A stretch of 63,950 nucleotides of DNA, filler included, from Atractiella rhizophila (taxonomy: Eukaryota): NCBI GenBank assembly GCA_021432655.1. It is 7 parts of 6 records of this genome, joined end to end, with 100 filler letters (N's around TTAATTAATTAA, not from the genome) between each part and the next. Parts side by side here need not be neighbours in the genome. Positions count along the whole stretch, not along the records: positions 1 to 16,869 come from MU271889.1; 6 more parts are not named here. One strand, given 5' to 3'. Below, one piece after another: positions 1-13,200 of the stretch (position 1 is the stretch's first letter; every line of letters starts with the position of its first letter). A program made the translations under genes and the position numbers. The notes under the pieces were generated by a model. That model did not search any database. It was not told where the DNA came from and saw nothing but the letters and a program-made list of their open reading frames with translations.

Positions 1-367
1 CAGGAGATCGGCAGAGTATATCTCAATGGCGAGCTGGGAAACGGTGTTGGGATCCACCTCTTGGTCTACTCACACGCATGTATATCTCTCTCATTCCGTC
101 TCGATGCAAAGGACGCAGAGACTCACCTCCATCACCGTACAGCACGACCTTGACCTGATACAAGTGCTTTGAGATATCCTCCACCGTCTTTTCCCATACC
201 AATCCAATCAGTATCTAACTCCTCCACACCATCGCGATAACTCAACAACACACCTTCTTCCTAACTTCAACATTTGCCGAGCCGTTAAGATCCAATCTTG
301 AGAGGTTGTCCTTAATCAGACGCACGAGCTCGGACGGCGTCTTGACTTTGGATTTGAAGAAGTTCAT
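1..367 (-). CDS. HYM1: Mo25/Hym1 (CAB39-like) scaffold protein, 5' part, runs off the window start
   Basis: Manual splice gives MNFFKSKVKTPSELVRLIKDNLSRLD...VRKK / TVEDISKHLYQVKVVLYGDG / DQEVDPNTVSQLAIEIYSADLL, which matches the Mo25 N-terminus. ATG is at 367. Not in the ORF track. Confidence 0.88.
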
Positions 368-613
368 GCCTGTAAAGCAGTGTTACGCGTAAAGTCGCTG
401 CTGGAGAGCTGAATCGCGGGGAGTTTTCGAGGAAGGAAGCTGAGGGAGATGGGAAGCTGACTATTGCATAGGGGTTGTTTCGTTCCTCCTGTCTATCTCC
501 GATTTCGGGTCCCGGACGCGACATGTTTCCAAGTTCAAACGTGACTACACTGGAACTTGGAAGTACCTGAAAGACGACGTTGAAGCTGCCAGTCCAGCCA
601 AACGACGAATAAG

Positions 614-1099
614 ATGATTTACGGGGTTGGAGTTGACCTCATACACCTCTCTAGGCTGTCCTCTTTATTCGGGAGGCTGCCTTCCAGCCGCTCCAGGCTG
701 GCAGATCGAATTCTGACAAGTAATGAACGAGCAGAGTTTCTCAGTTATCAAGATCTTTTATCAGACGCCGCCCTCCAATTTCTGGCGACACGGTGTGTCC
801 ATTCCCGTCAAGTGCTCCAAAATACCCATAATTGCATCCGTTGTAGCTGGGCAGCGAAGGAAGCAGCCTACAAAGCTGTCTATCCACTTTTGAAACCGAC
901 TTGGAAAGAATTGGAAGTCTCGAAGGTGATGCAGAAACCGAGGATCGCTTTCGTCCAAGGAAAAGGAAACGAAAAGTTGCAACTTTTCCTCAGTCTAAGC
1001 CACGATCAGGACACTGTCGTTGCGGTTTGTGTGGCAGAGGAGAAGGAGGAGGGATGTCGTTGTGAGGAGACAAAGGACGTGCGGAAAAGGCACGGGTGA
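614..1099 (+). CDS. PPT2: AcpS-type 4'-phosphopantetheinyl transferase (holo-ACP synthase, probably mitochondrial)
   Basis: Motifs GVGVDL, FLATR-WAAKEAAYKA (after removing an in-frame intron at ~793-846) and LSLSHD. Divergent from Mo25 across ~245 bp. Confidence 0.88.
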   Translation: MIYGVGVDLIHLSRLSSLFGRLPSSRSRLADRILTSNERAEFLSYQDLLSDAALQFLATRCVHSRQVLQNTHNCIRCSWAAKEAAYKAVYPLLKPTWKELEVSKVMQKPRIAFVQGKGNEKLQLFLSLSHDQDTVVAVCVAEEKEEGCRCEETKDVRKRHG

Positions 1100-2116
1100 G
1101 ATTCATCATTCTTATTTACAAGCTTACAATGAATGGTTCTAACCTGCTGTCGGTTTATAGTGGACATACTCTATGAGTCGATGTACCGATGGCGACTGTC
1201 CATGGATGGCTTCCCAAGCCCACTTCCTTCTTGACTGCCTAACTTATCTCTTCATACACGTTTTCTTGTGTATATTCTTTCCGGACCGCATCTTTCCCTA
1301 CTAGCAGAGCGTATGCCTAGACTGACCGCAGTGCGTCATGCAAATGTCCATAATCGATACTACTTCCTATATCATGCGGATTTAGAGGAAAATATTCAAG
1401 TTCCTGCAAGATCCAGTTCTGAAGTCGTTTGTTTCTTGGTTCCTTTAAACGCGGGTTCATGCAGAGACGAAGTGCATTTGTTCCCCACGTCCGTTCACTA
1501 CTAGTCTCAAGGAAATATTCAAGGTTTTCAGGTACCTTCATGGCCAGACCATGATTTCTGTGGCAGTCTCATTCTCCAGGTCACCTAGCGACCGTAGGCA
1601 TTGTCGTTGTTTCCGAACACTTAAGTTATGCAGTCTCATTCCATTTTGGCACCAATCGAGTTTCACTGAGAAGTGGCGGCCAATGGTGTGGCAGGTTTGG
1701 TTTTCTCACAGCTCTGGTTCCCGGAAAGTCGTCTTGTTCGCTTCTCCAGAAAGATCCAGACTTCATTAAATTTCATTTGGGTCTTTGCCGATTCTCTTGA
1801 CGAAATTGGCGTGGCCATTTAGTGATGTACGGAGGCTTGATGAGAAGCAGTAGCATTCGCCTGATGGTGCCTTTGCGGCTTTGTGACTACAAACTATCAT
1901 ATCTCGACCCCATGGTGTCGCTCTCAGAACTCGTGTGATGCCGACCGTGGCACTCCCTTCCCGCCATGAGTTAGGTGAGAAACTGGGTTGGAAAAAGATG
2001 AGTATTGCTTGGCCTTTCCCTCAACAAATGTCTCACTTTCCCGTTTTTCTCACGGAAGCTCTGTGGAGCGGGCCAAAGTTTGGCAAAGCATAACCCCTTT
2101 CTCCCACTGCTCTAAG

Positions 2117-2126
2117 CTATAAAAGC
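2117..2126 (+). promoter_or_regulatory. Putative TATA box of the secreted Cys-rich gene
   Basis: CTATAAAAG about 260 bp upstream of the ATG, followed by a pyrimidine-rich stretch. Confidence 0.4.
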
Positions 2127-2379
2127 GAGCCGCTCCAGCCCACAACGTCCGTCAACTCCTTCAAATTCTTTTAATCTGACTTCTTGGGTCTTCTGGGTCT
2201 TCAAGTTTCGTCCTATTCGGTTTGAGTAAATTTGAGTACTTATCTTTCGATTCACATTATTGTAATCCAAATTTTATTTGACGCAAATTAGTTCGATATT
2301 TGATAAGGATCGACCCTCGAAGTTCGTCCTTCCCTCTCTTCATGTTCCCAGAACGCTCTGACAGGGACCAATGGACAGA

Positions 2380-3807
2380 ATGGCTTCATTTCTTAAGCTC
2401 TCTACTCTGGCTTTCGTTGCCACCCGCGTATTCTCCAGCCCAACTCCCGTTGTTGACGAACGCGCTCTCGACCTCGGTCTCGATTTAGGCGGTGTTGGAG
2501 ATCTCCTCAAGGGCACGACCGACGGACTCCTCAATGCTCTCAACCCTTCGACTTACGGTCTTGAGGATGGCATTTGCGCTTTCGTTCATGTCAGCCCACT
2601 CAAGGTCGACCTTCTCGGTTCCACTCTGCTCAAGTTGGGGCAGACGGATATCTGCGTTTGCGCTCTTAACTCGGTTTGTCTTCCCTCCCTCCAACCCTTT
2701 CCACTCTTCTCTTCCGCTCCTTGCAGTAAGGATACGTACTGAACCTCTCGGTGTGACAGCGATCGGTTCTTCAAGCGTCTATTACTTCCGGCTACGGTTC
2801 CCACTCTCATTTCCATTGCCAGAATGGTGGTGTCAAGTGCGAGTGCGACGATGGATACAGGCTCGTTAACGGAGTTTGTGTCGAAATTCCAACATGTGGC
2901 GCGAATTCGGATGTCAAACTTGTCAACGGCGTCTTGAAATGCATTTGCAAAGCTGGTATGTCGACTCCTCTGTTGCCAGTTCCTTCCTTCCTGTTTCCTT
3001 TATGGCGACTGAGATTCGTTTTCTGTGGATACAGGATACGAGCTTACCGGCCACAACGTGTGCTCACCTACCTGCGGCGATCACGCGGATCGTGTCAACG
3101 GCAAATGCGTTTGCAAGAAAGGATACAAGATGGCGGGAACCAATTGTCTCCCAGTTCCCGCATCCTGTCCTTCTCATTCGCATGTCGGCCTCTCCCATGG
3201 AGAGTGGACATGCGTTTGCGATGACGGTATTTCTCCCTCTCCCCTAATGAAAATTGATCTGACAATGTCTTATCGGGATAGGATACAAGATGCTAGATGG
3301 AACTTGCAAGCCTACTCCTAATTGTCCATCTGGGCAGTCTCTCAAAGCTGTGAACGGGCAATGGCACTGTGTTTGTCCCTCATGTGAGTCCTTGCGTTTC
3401 CTTTGACCGTGTTCATGATTCTCTTCCGCAGCTTCGGAAGTCGTTAACGGCCAATGCCGCCCCAAGTGTGGAACGAACGAGGTCAGAAATTCGAAAGGTC
3501 AATGCGTCTGCAGACCCGATTGCGGAACGTTGAACGGAAAATGCGTCTCTTGCCCTTCAACCTACTACCTCTCTGGAGGAAAGTGTGTCGTGAAGCCGAA
3601 ATGTCCCCCTGGAGCTGTCCTCACCATTCTAAGCAACGATTATAAATGGTTTGTCCTCCTCTTGTCCCCCCGTCCCTAATCGTTCAACTTTTGACGTGTC
3701 TTCGGCGACGGTGCAGCACTTGTAAGGATGGCATTGTTGTGAAGATTGGAGGGACCTGTGTGCTTGGGGTTGACCTCGACGCCCTGGGCATTGACCTCGA
3801 CCTTTGA
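2380..3807 (+). CDS. Secreted cysteine-rich protein with tandem EGF-like repeats (6 exons)
   Basis: Signal-like N-terminus MASFLKLSTLAFVATRVFS. GT-AG introns at ~2674-2759, 2956-3034, 3227-3281, 3384-3431 and 3649-3717 give one open frame with repeats CECDDGYRLVNGVC, CICKAGYELTGHNVC, CVCKKGYKMAGTNC and CVCDDGYKMLDGTC. Ends LGIDLDL*. Confidence 0.75.
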
Positions 3808-4430
3808 ACATGTTTTCTCGTTTTGGCTCTCTTTACAAATCCTCATATTCGGTATTTCTTATTTCTTTCAAAAGGGACTTTCTTCTGGTTTATAATTTTG
3901 GCTGTTTCTTGTTTTCTCCCTTGAATGTCTTGACTTCTTTTATTCAGCAATTCGCTGAAGGTGATAAGTATTTTGGTGCGGTTCCGTAATACAATGGTTT
4001 GAATACGCCGCATACTACATTTCTGTCACTTCAAGTTTTGCTCCCTGCATGGCATTGGAAAACCTCAAGCGATCATTGACAGACTACCCCATTATAGGTG
4101 AAGTTGATGACAGAGCTTAACTTGATTGCCAGTATTGCCTCTGATGAGTGGAAATTTGAAGGACAAACTCAAACAATGGGTCCCAAGTATTCTGGCCGCA
4201 CAAGGTCTCTAGACAATAAACAGACATTCATTCCATCGTCCCAAGCAGGCAGGAGCAGGCTCAACAGAAAAAGTTAAACATTTCGAGTCGGTCCGAAACA
4301 GGTGGAGGCTCGACAACAAATATTTCCATATTTTCTTCATCTTTGTAATTGTCACAAAGCGACGCAACGCACATAAAAAAGGAATAGTCTTTATGGTTCG
4401 TTTTCGACACTGGTAGGAGGAAGCAACCGT

Positions 4431-5399
<969 letters not shown>

Positions 5400-7422
5400 C
5401 TTGAACTTCTTGGCTATACGACGAGAAGGTGCTGCTCAGACAATCTGGACGTTTAAACGCTTCCTCTGAGGGATGTGTTGGTTGGTGAGTTGGTGCCAGC
5501 TAAACGACTTTGTCCGCAGATCCGCATCCAGTCCCGTGAGCCCGCGGGTTTGAAGAAGCATCATAGTTGACCAGGCTCAGTACATGCTGAGGTTTTATTG
5601 TCAGAGGATGTTCTATTAACGCTACTATAGGAACCTGTGTTGGGTACTATTCAGAGTGTGTGTCCATGCTGTCTCTGTTTTTTCAGCTTTATCTGCTAGT
5701 GGTACATGACACATTTTGCTGAAGTGCAATGACATAGGCTTTTCAGTCGGCTATGAAGGCAAGACTTCCGCACATGCTAGCGTTAGTTAACTGGAAGAGA
5801 CGCTGAACAGGGTGTCGATACTTCCTATATCTTGAAACGTGCTCGAAACTTGGAGCTGGACGGTTACCGGAGCACTTCTACTGTTATGGCTGTGGGGGGC
5901 AACACCTGGACGAGTGCTGAATTGCTTGTCCCGCTTGTTCTGTATGAAAGGAGGATGTACCTGCTCCAGTAGACAAACTCCTGATCAGCGGTTGGGAATG
6001 AGAAGCGAGAGGTGTGATGAGAAGTGAAAACGAGCTGATGTTCCAGGATAAGACCACGACATGAGTTAGTCGACGTCTCATACGGCAACTGCTCACCAGT
6101 GCTGAGCTCATACCAACACTAACTGTACCACTAGACAATCAAGTTCTTGAACAACTTGTACCGCTTTGAGCTTGATAGTTTCAAATGCACGTCTTTGGGG
6201 CCGACAAGCTAAGACTTCTCAATCATTACCCGAGCGAAAGGGCATGGGAATGGGCAGGATAGAAATGTACGTCTAATTCATAGTACGCTACTTCACTCCT
6301 GCTTCAGATTTGCGTCTCTCAATTTGGTCTAGAGTCCTTTCGAGCAAAAAGCGCTCCAAAATGTCGACTTGCATAGGCTCTGTTCTGCAAGAGCGTTTGT
6401 GCTTCGAGATTTCAACACCATCGCTCTAGCGCGTCACACGAGCATCGAAACTCGAGGAGTCCTTGATTGGCATGACGAAGTTCAAGCGATCATCGTTCAT
6501 CAACGAATGCCTTCAAAAGGAGTCCGAATTTCGAGGCACATTTTGAATAGACCACATTCATTTGATGCTTCCTTAGAGAAGTGTCCGCAGTTCAGATGCT
6601 TTATGAAGATAACAGGTGCAAGATGCAAAAGAACTTGAACCTGATTTGAGGCAAAGGATGGAAGACGTCTCTGGTGAACCAACGTCCCTTTCCCTTGTGT
6701 ACAAAGATGACGATTTGTATAGCATTTTTCTTGGTTATGGCACTTTTAAATCATTCGGATGTGATATGTGATTGTATGATTTCGATCTTTAAGTTCGTTT
6801 GCATTCAGTTCTAACGTAGACCGTGCCTGTCGAGGATACAAATGACTATTAAGCTCTCTTGAAATCAATATGTCTGCTTTAAAGCTCGCATTCTCGTTGC
6901 GAAATTCTGCATCAAAAGGTCTGCCTGCTACTACGCACTACAGAATGGGCGAATTGCAAAAGAACTTGTCGCCTACTCTAAAGTAGGTCTCATTAGAGGA
7001 AATAGAGTCAGTAGAGGCTTCGTATCAAACTCCGACATCCCAGTATGACAAGGTACAAGCTTCTTGTTGCACAAAGGGATCTTGGGAGGCTGACATCGAA
7101 GCGAATTAGTTCAGTTGCTGCAAAAAAGGGGACAAGTCACAAGCCCCTTGTTGAACAAAGGGATCTAGGATGACTAGCTCCGTTATCTGGCAGGAGCCTT
7201 AACTGCCATTATTTGCAGGACACTGCTGCGTACAAAGCAGTCCCGTCGCACTGAGCATAAAAGGATGTTCTACCGTTAACGCTTCTCCTCCAAACACATA
7301 TCTTTGCCCAAGGACGGTGCACCTAGTCAACGTCTGCAACTACAGCTTCTCTAGATTGAAAATATAATGCCTTGGATCAACTTGCATCCCCTCTATTCAA
7401 GCAGGCTTACTAAATCTAAAAG

Positions 7423-7821
7423 ATGGTTCAATTTGCCTCTTCATCTTTGACTATGGTCGCTTATTGTGACGCGGATGGCAGGGTTGCACGTAAAGCTTTG
7501 GTTACCTTGAACACTGGCAGAATCCATGATCCAAATCTGCACCCTCATTATGAGGACGACGACGCCGAGCTGTACCCTTGGACGTCTTCCACCTTTCCGC
7601 GGCCTAAGGGGGGTCATTATGACCAACAGCTGCAGCAACGGGTTCGAGCAAAGTACCACGATCAGTCCGAAACCAATCCAGCTCCAGGAAATCAGTTTGG
7701 TTTTCGGGAGAACGTAGAGCCCGTTTATGGTCCGGAAAGACCACGTAGTAATTTACACCGTGAGTGGTGCTTCTGGTTCTCTTGCACAGCAATGACAATG
7801 GCGGTTAAGCACGAAGTATAA
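7423..7821 (+). CDS. Hypothetical protein, possibly an exon of an orphan gene
   Basis: 132-codon ORF with protein-like composition and a GTGAGT donor-like site at ~7760. No recognisable motif. Confidence 0.25.
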   Translation: MVQFASSSLTMVAYCDADGRVARKALVTLNTGRIHDPNLHPHYEDDDAELYPWTSSTFPRPKGGHYDQQLQQRVRAKYHDQSETNPAPGNQFGFRENVEPVYGPERPRSNLHREWCFWFSCTAMTMAVKHEV

Positions 7822-8650
7822 TTCAAAAAAATATCCGTGCCTTTCCTGGTTTGGGGAGATGGGGTTGACGCAAAGGCTCTGGATCTGCGCGACTTTTAGA
7901 AAATAATTCGTAACGTAGTATTCTTGATGACCTGCAAAAACGAAGCTCTCGATTTCAAACCTCAAGTCAGAAGTGAGAGGAAACTGAAACTGTGGAGGTG
8001 CAGCACCATATTTGTTGCTACATATGCATCATCATGAACTAAGAACTCACCAGCACACGAAGCACATCACAGGGAGGGACTTCCAAACTAATGACACTTT
8101 TCAAGGGCCGCGTGTTGACAACCATATAGGCATCGGCCTTAGGGATCCCTCTTGTCGCTTCCAACGCTCTTAGTTTCATGCTTCATGTGGAGCTTTTATT
8201 TATGTCGCTTTGGCGCACGCAAGAAAGACACTTTTTCCCAACCCAAGTTTACTCTGTATTGCCTGACACCTGATTTGTTTCCACCATTCTCCCAAAAATG
8301 TAGAGCTCCTTGACTAAAGTCTGTATGCTCTTAAATAAACAAGAGAAACTTGCCAACGATTGATTGGATGTAAGCTGAGGCATGTGACTCATTTTCGCAT
8401 TTTACAGGATGCGGATGGGCAACAGCCTTCGGGCTAATGTTTGGTGGTTAATTAGCATATCTCTTCACTCTTCACCTCCACACTTTTAAGCCAGGAAGAG
8501 GATGGAACGATCGAACCCCCATTATGGTCCACTGCTTCGCACGCATGGGTTCAGGGTCAACTCTTGGTTCAGACTACGGTTCCGCCCCCTTTTCGCGCTC
8601 AAAAGCTGAGCTTTCGAGCAAAAGGTCTCGATCAAATAATATAGACCAAA

Positions 8651-9202
8651 TTGTATGTCCTTCAACCACATGCACAGAGATTGATTCAGGGACAGGAGAG
8701 CAATGAAATGGAAGAAACGCATCCATCGCTGGGACTCAACCGCATTAAAGGTACTTGGCCTACTCTTCCCGTCCATTCTCACCACGACGTGATAGGCATT
8801 ACTTTGCAGCGACGTAACGGTGTGCCTGTTCTAGGATCGCGAAGAGTGCGGGAGGTTCTTTTGGCAGCCGTTTTTCCCGAATTTTTCACTACGCAAGAGG
8901 TCGACGCATTACATAGTCTGCTCGACGAAGCATGGACCGCAAGATGCCATTTCTTTGGGCAGAGAAACGTCAAGCCGCATCGATACCGCTTCATGTGGCG
9001 GTGTCGAACTGGTTATTTCGAGTCAATTCAGTGGGCCGGTTCTCCTTCAGATGATCCTTTGGGTCTGTCTCCGTGGTGGGCGGGTGGCATTATTTCTGGG
9101 TTGTTGAATGAAATGCCTCAAGAGTACAACGAACACCTTGGGCCTTGTTTAGAAGTCAAGATGGCGATCAACGTCATGACCGGAATGGAGAGTGTGCCAT
9201 GA
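8651..9202 (+). CDS. Hypothetical protein, probable terminal exon of an orphan gene
   Basis: 183-codon open frame preceded by several short GT..AG intron-like segments (8300-8690). No family recognised. Confidence 0.35.
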   Translation: MYVLQPHAQRLIQGQESNEMEETHPSLGLNRIKGTWPTLPVHSHHDVIGITLQRRNGVPVLGSRRVREVLLAAVFPEFFTTQEVDALHSLLDEAWTARCHFFGQRNVKPHRYRFMWRCRTGYFESIQWAGSPSDDPLGLSPWWAGGIISGLLNEMPQEYNEHLGPCLEVKMAINVMTGMESVP

Positions 9203-10248
9203 TTTGTACCAAATGAATGTAGATAAAGACGAAGCTTTCTGCTTTTAAAGACATGTGTCATATTGCTTGATTTACTGTAGACTTCGACAGATGGAATAAT
9301 TTGCGGCCCTCACTGATGTACTTCAGTTCTGATGTTTTTTATATTTCAAACAATCAGCAGGAATCCAACTGAACTTGAAGGTTATGCCTGGGACTTAGCC
9401 CAGGATTACAAACAACAAATCTCACGCAATGGTTTTCTGCGTTAGACCCAATCTCTGTTTCGTCAGAGTTTGGAAGTGGGACCCACGAGGCAGGTTCTAT
9501 GTGAACTGCAAAGAGGAGTAACTCGAGCACTTGATATAGCTGTGTCTGCGGACTACCACGAAGGCCAATTAAACCAAGGTGACAACTGAGCAATAACACT
9601 TTGCATAATGAGCGATTGGCGCACATGTGGAGGTCCAAAGGTAGAATATAGAGCCTTTAGCATATATGATGAGAAATGAAGATAACCCCCACGCTTCACT
9701 GCTTTAAGTAAAAGAAAAGCGCATCATGCTCTCTTTCCTACTTCCCTTGCAGTTCCGTACGACAGCCTCCGTCGCCATCCATCCTTCATCCTCCTTGACA
9801 CTGCGCCGGTGGATGGGTGTGCAAGGTTCGGGTTGGAGTGCTTGTATGGACTCGCGTGAATGTGGATAATTCATGGACGTTAATGACATCTTTCAGTCTT
9901 TCCCACTTCCCTGCATAATGCAAACCAAGGAGCAGAACGCTCACCTGCTTTCGAGCGAAGTAAGAACGCGCTTTGTCCACGACTGGAAGTAGTACGCGTC
10001 TTATCCCTACTACTATCCCCATGCACGGGGACACAGCCCCTTCCTTCCTCTTATCCCGCCTGATAATTGCAAGCGGACCCATTATCGTGGTCGCCGCCTG
10101 ATGGTTGGCTTTATTTGTTGGTGCGATCAGTTTCTCCGCAACGGGATCCCGGACGCTTTCGAGCCTGCAACTCCTCATAAGATGCAGTCTCTTCCCGTGC
10201 CCCCACTTTCGACCCAGCAGCTACCTAACTTGCATATCAACAACGCCA

Positions 10249-13200
10249 ATGCTGCTCCGACTACGAAACCTCCAACACCGTCGCTTCAGCGCCTTCTCCC
10301 CAGCTCGTACCGTCACGCTCGGCATAGTAGCTGAGCACAGGGACAGGGTGTGGGAGAGACGTGTCCCGTTAGTACCCAAAGACGTGAAGAAGTTGTTGGA
10401 CGAGCATGACGACCTTCAAGTGCTCGTACAACCTTCTGCGAAGCGTTGCTATACCGAAAAGGAGTATGAGGATGTCTGTCGTTTTGTTGTTGATTAGAAT
10501 CGTTGACTGATGCAATGTACTTGATGTGTAGGCTGGAGCGACGATCGAGGAAGACCTCGATAAGGCAAATATTATACTTGGAGTGAAGGAAATTCCGAGG
10601 GAAGCGTTGAGGAGCGGAAAGACCTATGCTTTCTTCAGCCATACCCATAAAGGGCAGGACTACAATCTCGGGCTGTTGGACACCAGTCCGTTTCTACTCC
10701 CGCCTCTCTGTTTCTCAAATTGATGATTTATGTTGTATACAGTGATCAAAACCGGCTCAAGGTATATAGATTGGGAGCTCCTAACAGACGAGAAAGGGCA
10801 GAGGACAACGGCATTTGGGTAAGCCATCACCTCAATCTCTCTTGAGCTTTGTTAATGCTCATGTGATGTGTTCAGATGGTATGCTGGTGCTGTTGGTCTG
10901 TCTCTGTTCTGTCACAGACATGAAGACCAATAAAATTGACGTGAAGCGATGGCGTGCAGGAGCAATTGACGGGCTTTCGAACTTTGGTGAAATGGCACTC
11001 CTAGGACTAGGCATTCAAACTCCCTTCCTCGTCAGTCCTTTTCCTCTATCCCCATCATTACACGTATCTGTATCTGACGACGAGCCAAAACCAAAAACAG
11101 CATCTCCCTCGTCCTTACTCCTACCCCACACTCTCAAGCTTAACAACCCACCTCCGCTCTCTCCGTCCTCTCTCCATCCCTCCATCACTCCGACCCTTCG
11201 TTATCACCGTCCTTGGACGCGGTCGCGTCTCGCAAGGTGCAAAAGCGATGCTTGACGAGCTTGGAGTGACTTGGGTGCGGAAGGAGGACTTGGGAAGACT
11301 CAAAGGGGACAAAATATACGCTTGTCAGCTGGAGTTGGAGGAATATTTGAGGAATGGGGACGGTAAGTTCTCCAGAGAGGAGTACAATGAACATCCGGAG
11401 AGGTATCGTTCTTTGTTCGCCGAAGAGGTATGTTCCAATGTTATTCTGTGGAATAAAGGAAGTCTGATGTTTTATGGATCAGGTCGCTCCATACACCACC
11501 GTCCTCCTCAATGGCTCCTTCTGGGCACCTCGCTTCCCCCGTGTCCTTAGCGAAGGAGACCTACAAACGCTCCAAGCTACGCGACACGGCGCTCGTGGGC
11601 TGTTAAGCATCATCGATGTCTCGTGCGACTTCAACGGAGGGATCGAGGTCGTACGTCGAGCAACGACGATCGACAAACCTGTGTACTACTACGATCGAGG
11701 TGTGGAGACTGGTGTTCCGACGCCGAGCGCGACGCAGGTGTTCAGCATCGAGATTCTCCCTACCGAGCTTCCTAAGGATTCTTCCACCTTTTTCTCCGAC
11801 AGGGTCACACCCTACATCGACGCTTTGATACGAAAGAAGCCGAGGGAAGACTTGAGAGAAGCGTTGGAAAGAGCGACGTTGGTTAGGGGTGGAAGGATTG
11901 GAGAGAGGCACGATCGGAAGGGAGAGTTGGGGAGGAAGGTCACCGCGCACGTGAACCAGAGGAAGGATAGAGTGCTCATACTTGGTTCGGGATTGGTCGC
12001 TAAACCGGCTGCCAAGTTGGTGGTAGAGGCTGGCGCAAAATTGGTCGTCGGTCAGTCCTTATTTTTCCAAAAACCCAGCCTTTGTCTTGAGCACTCGTGG
12101 ACCTGTAGCCAGCAATGATTTAAAAGGAGCCGAAAACATGGTCGCAGATCTGACAGGTGCTCAACCCGCTTATTTGGACGTGACGGACTTAAATGCCGTC
12201 GACGAACTCGTGCAGGGGAGCGATGTGGTTATCAGGTACGACTTTCACCTCCGCGTCCCGAGCGAGCTAATTGTTAGACAGTCTACTGCCAGCACCGATG
12301 CATCCAAAGATTGTGGACCTCTGCTTGAAGCGAGGTAAACACTTTGTGAGCGCCTCTTACACGGGGGAAGAAGTACAAAAGATGGATGCAAGGTACCGTC
12401 CTTTACTAAGTGATTTCCCTTGACCTGACCGGTGGGGCACAGAGCTAAGGAGAAGGACTGTATTGTCCTCACTGAAATGGGCCTGGATCCTGGAATCGAT
12501 CGTATGGCATCATTTAACATTCCATCGCTGTATTCTCATCATCCTTGGATTGGACAGATATGTCGGCTATGCGCCTTTTCGAAGACGCGAAACGGAGAGA
12601 CCTCGAGCTGGAATCCTTCATCAGCTTTTGTGGTGGGCTTCCAGCACCGGAACATTCTAATGTCCCTTTCAGCTACAAGTTCTCGTGGGCACCTAAGAGC
12701 GCTCTACTGGCTGCTTTCAACGAGGCCAAGTACCGGCTTCGCGGGCAGGTACATTTCTCTTGCTCGATGTAGCCATTAGGTCGACTAAAAGCGTTGTCAG
12801 GCCATTACTGTTCCCGGATCGCGGCTTCTACAATCAGCTTTCCCAAACATGAACATCTCGCAATTCTCATTCGAGGGTCTACCGAACCGAAACTCACTTC
12901 ACTACCTCGATACATACCAACTCCAGCCGAATCTTCCCACGATGTTACGAGGAACTTTACGATACAGAGGCTTCTCAAGGCTGTTACGAGGCTTTCAATC
13001 AGCTGGGCTGCTCAACCAAGTTGCCCTCCAGCGGAGTCCTTTTCCTCTATCCCCATCATTACACGTATCTGTATCTGACGACGAGCCAAAACCAAAAACA
13101 GCATCTCCCTCGTCCTTACTCCTACCCCACACTCTCAAGCTTAACAACCCACCTCCGCTCTCTCCGTCCTCTCTCCATCCCTCCATCACTCCGACCCTTC

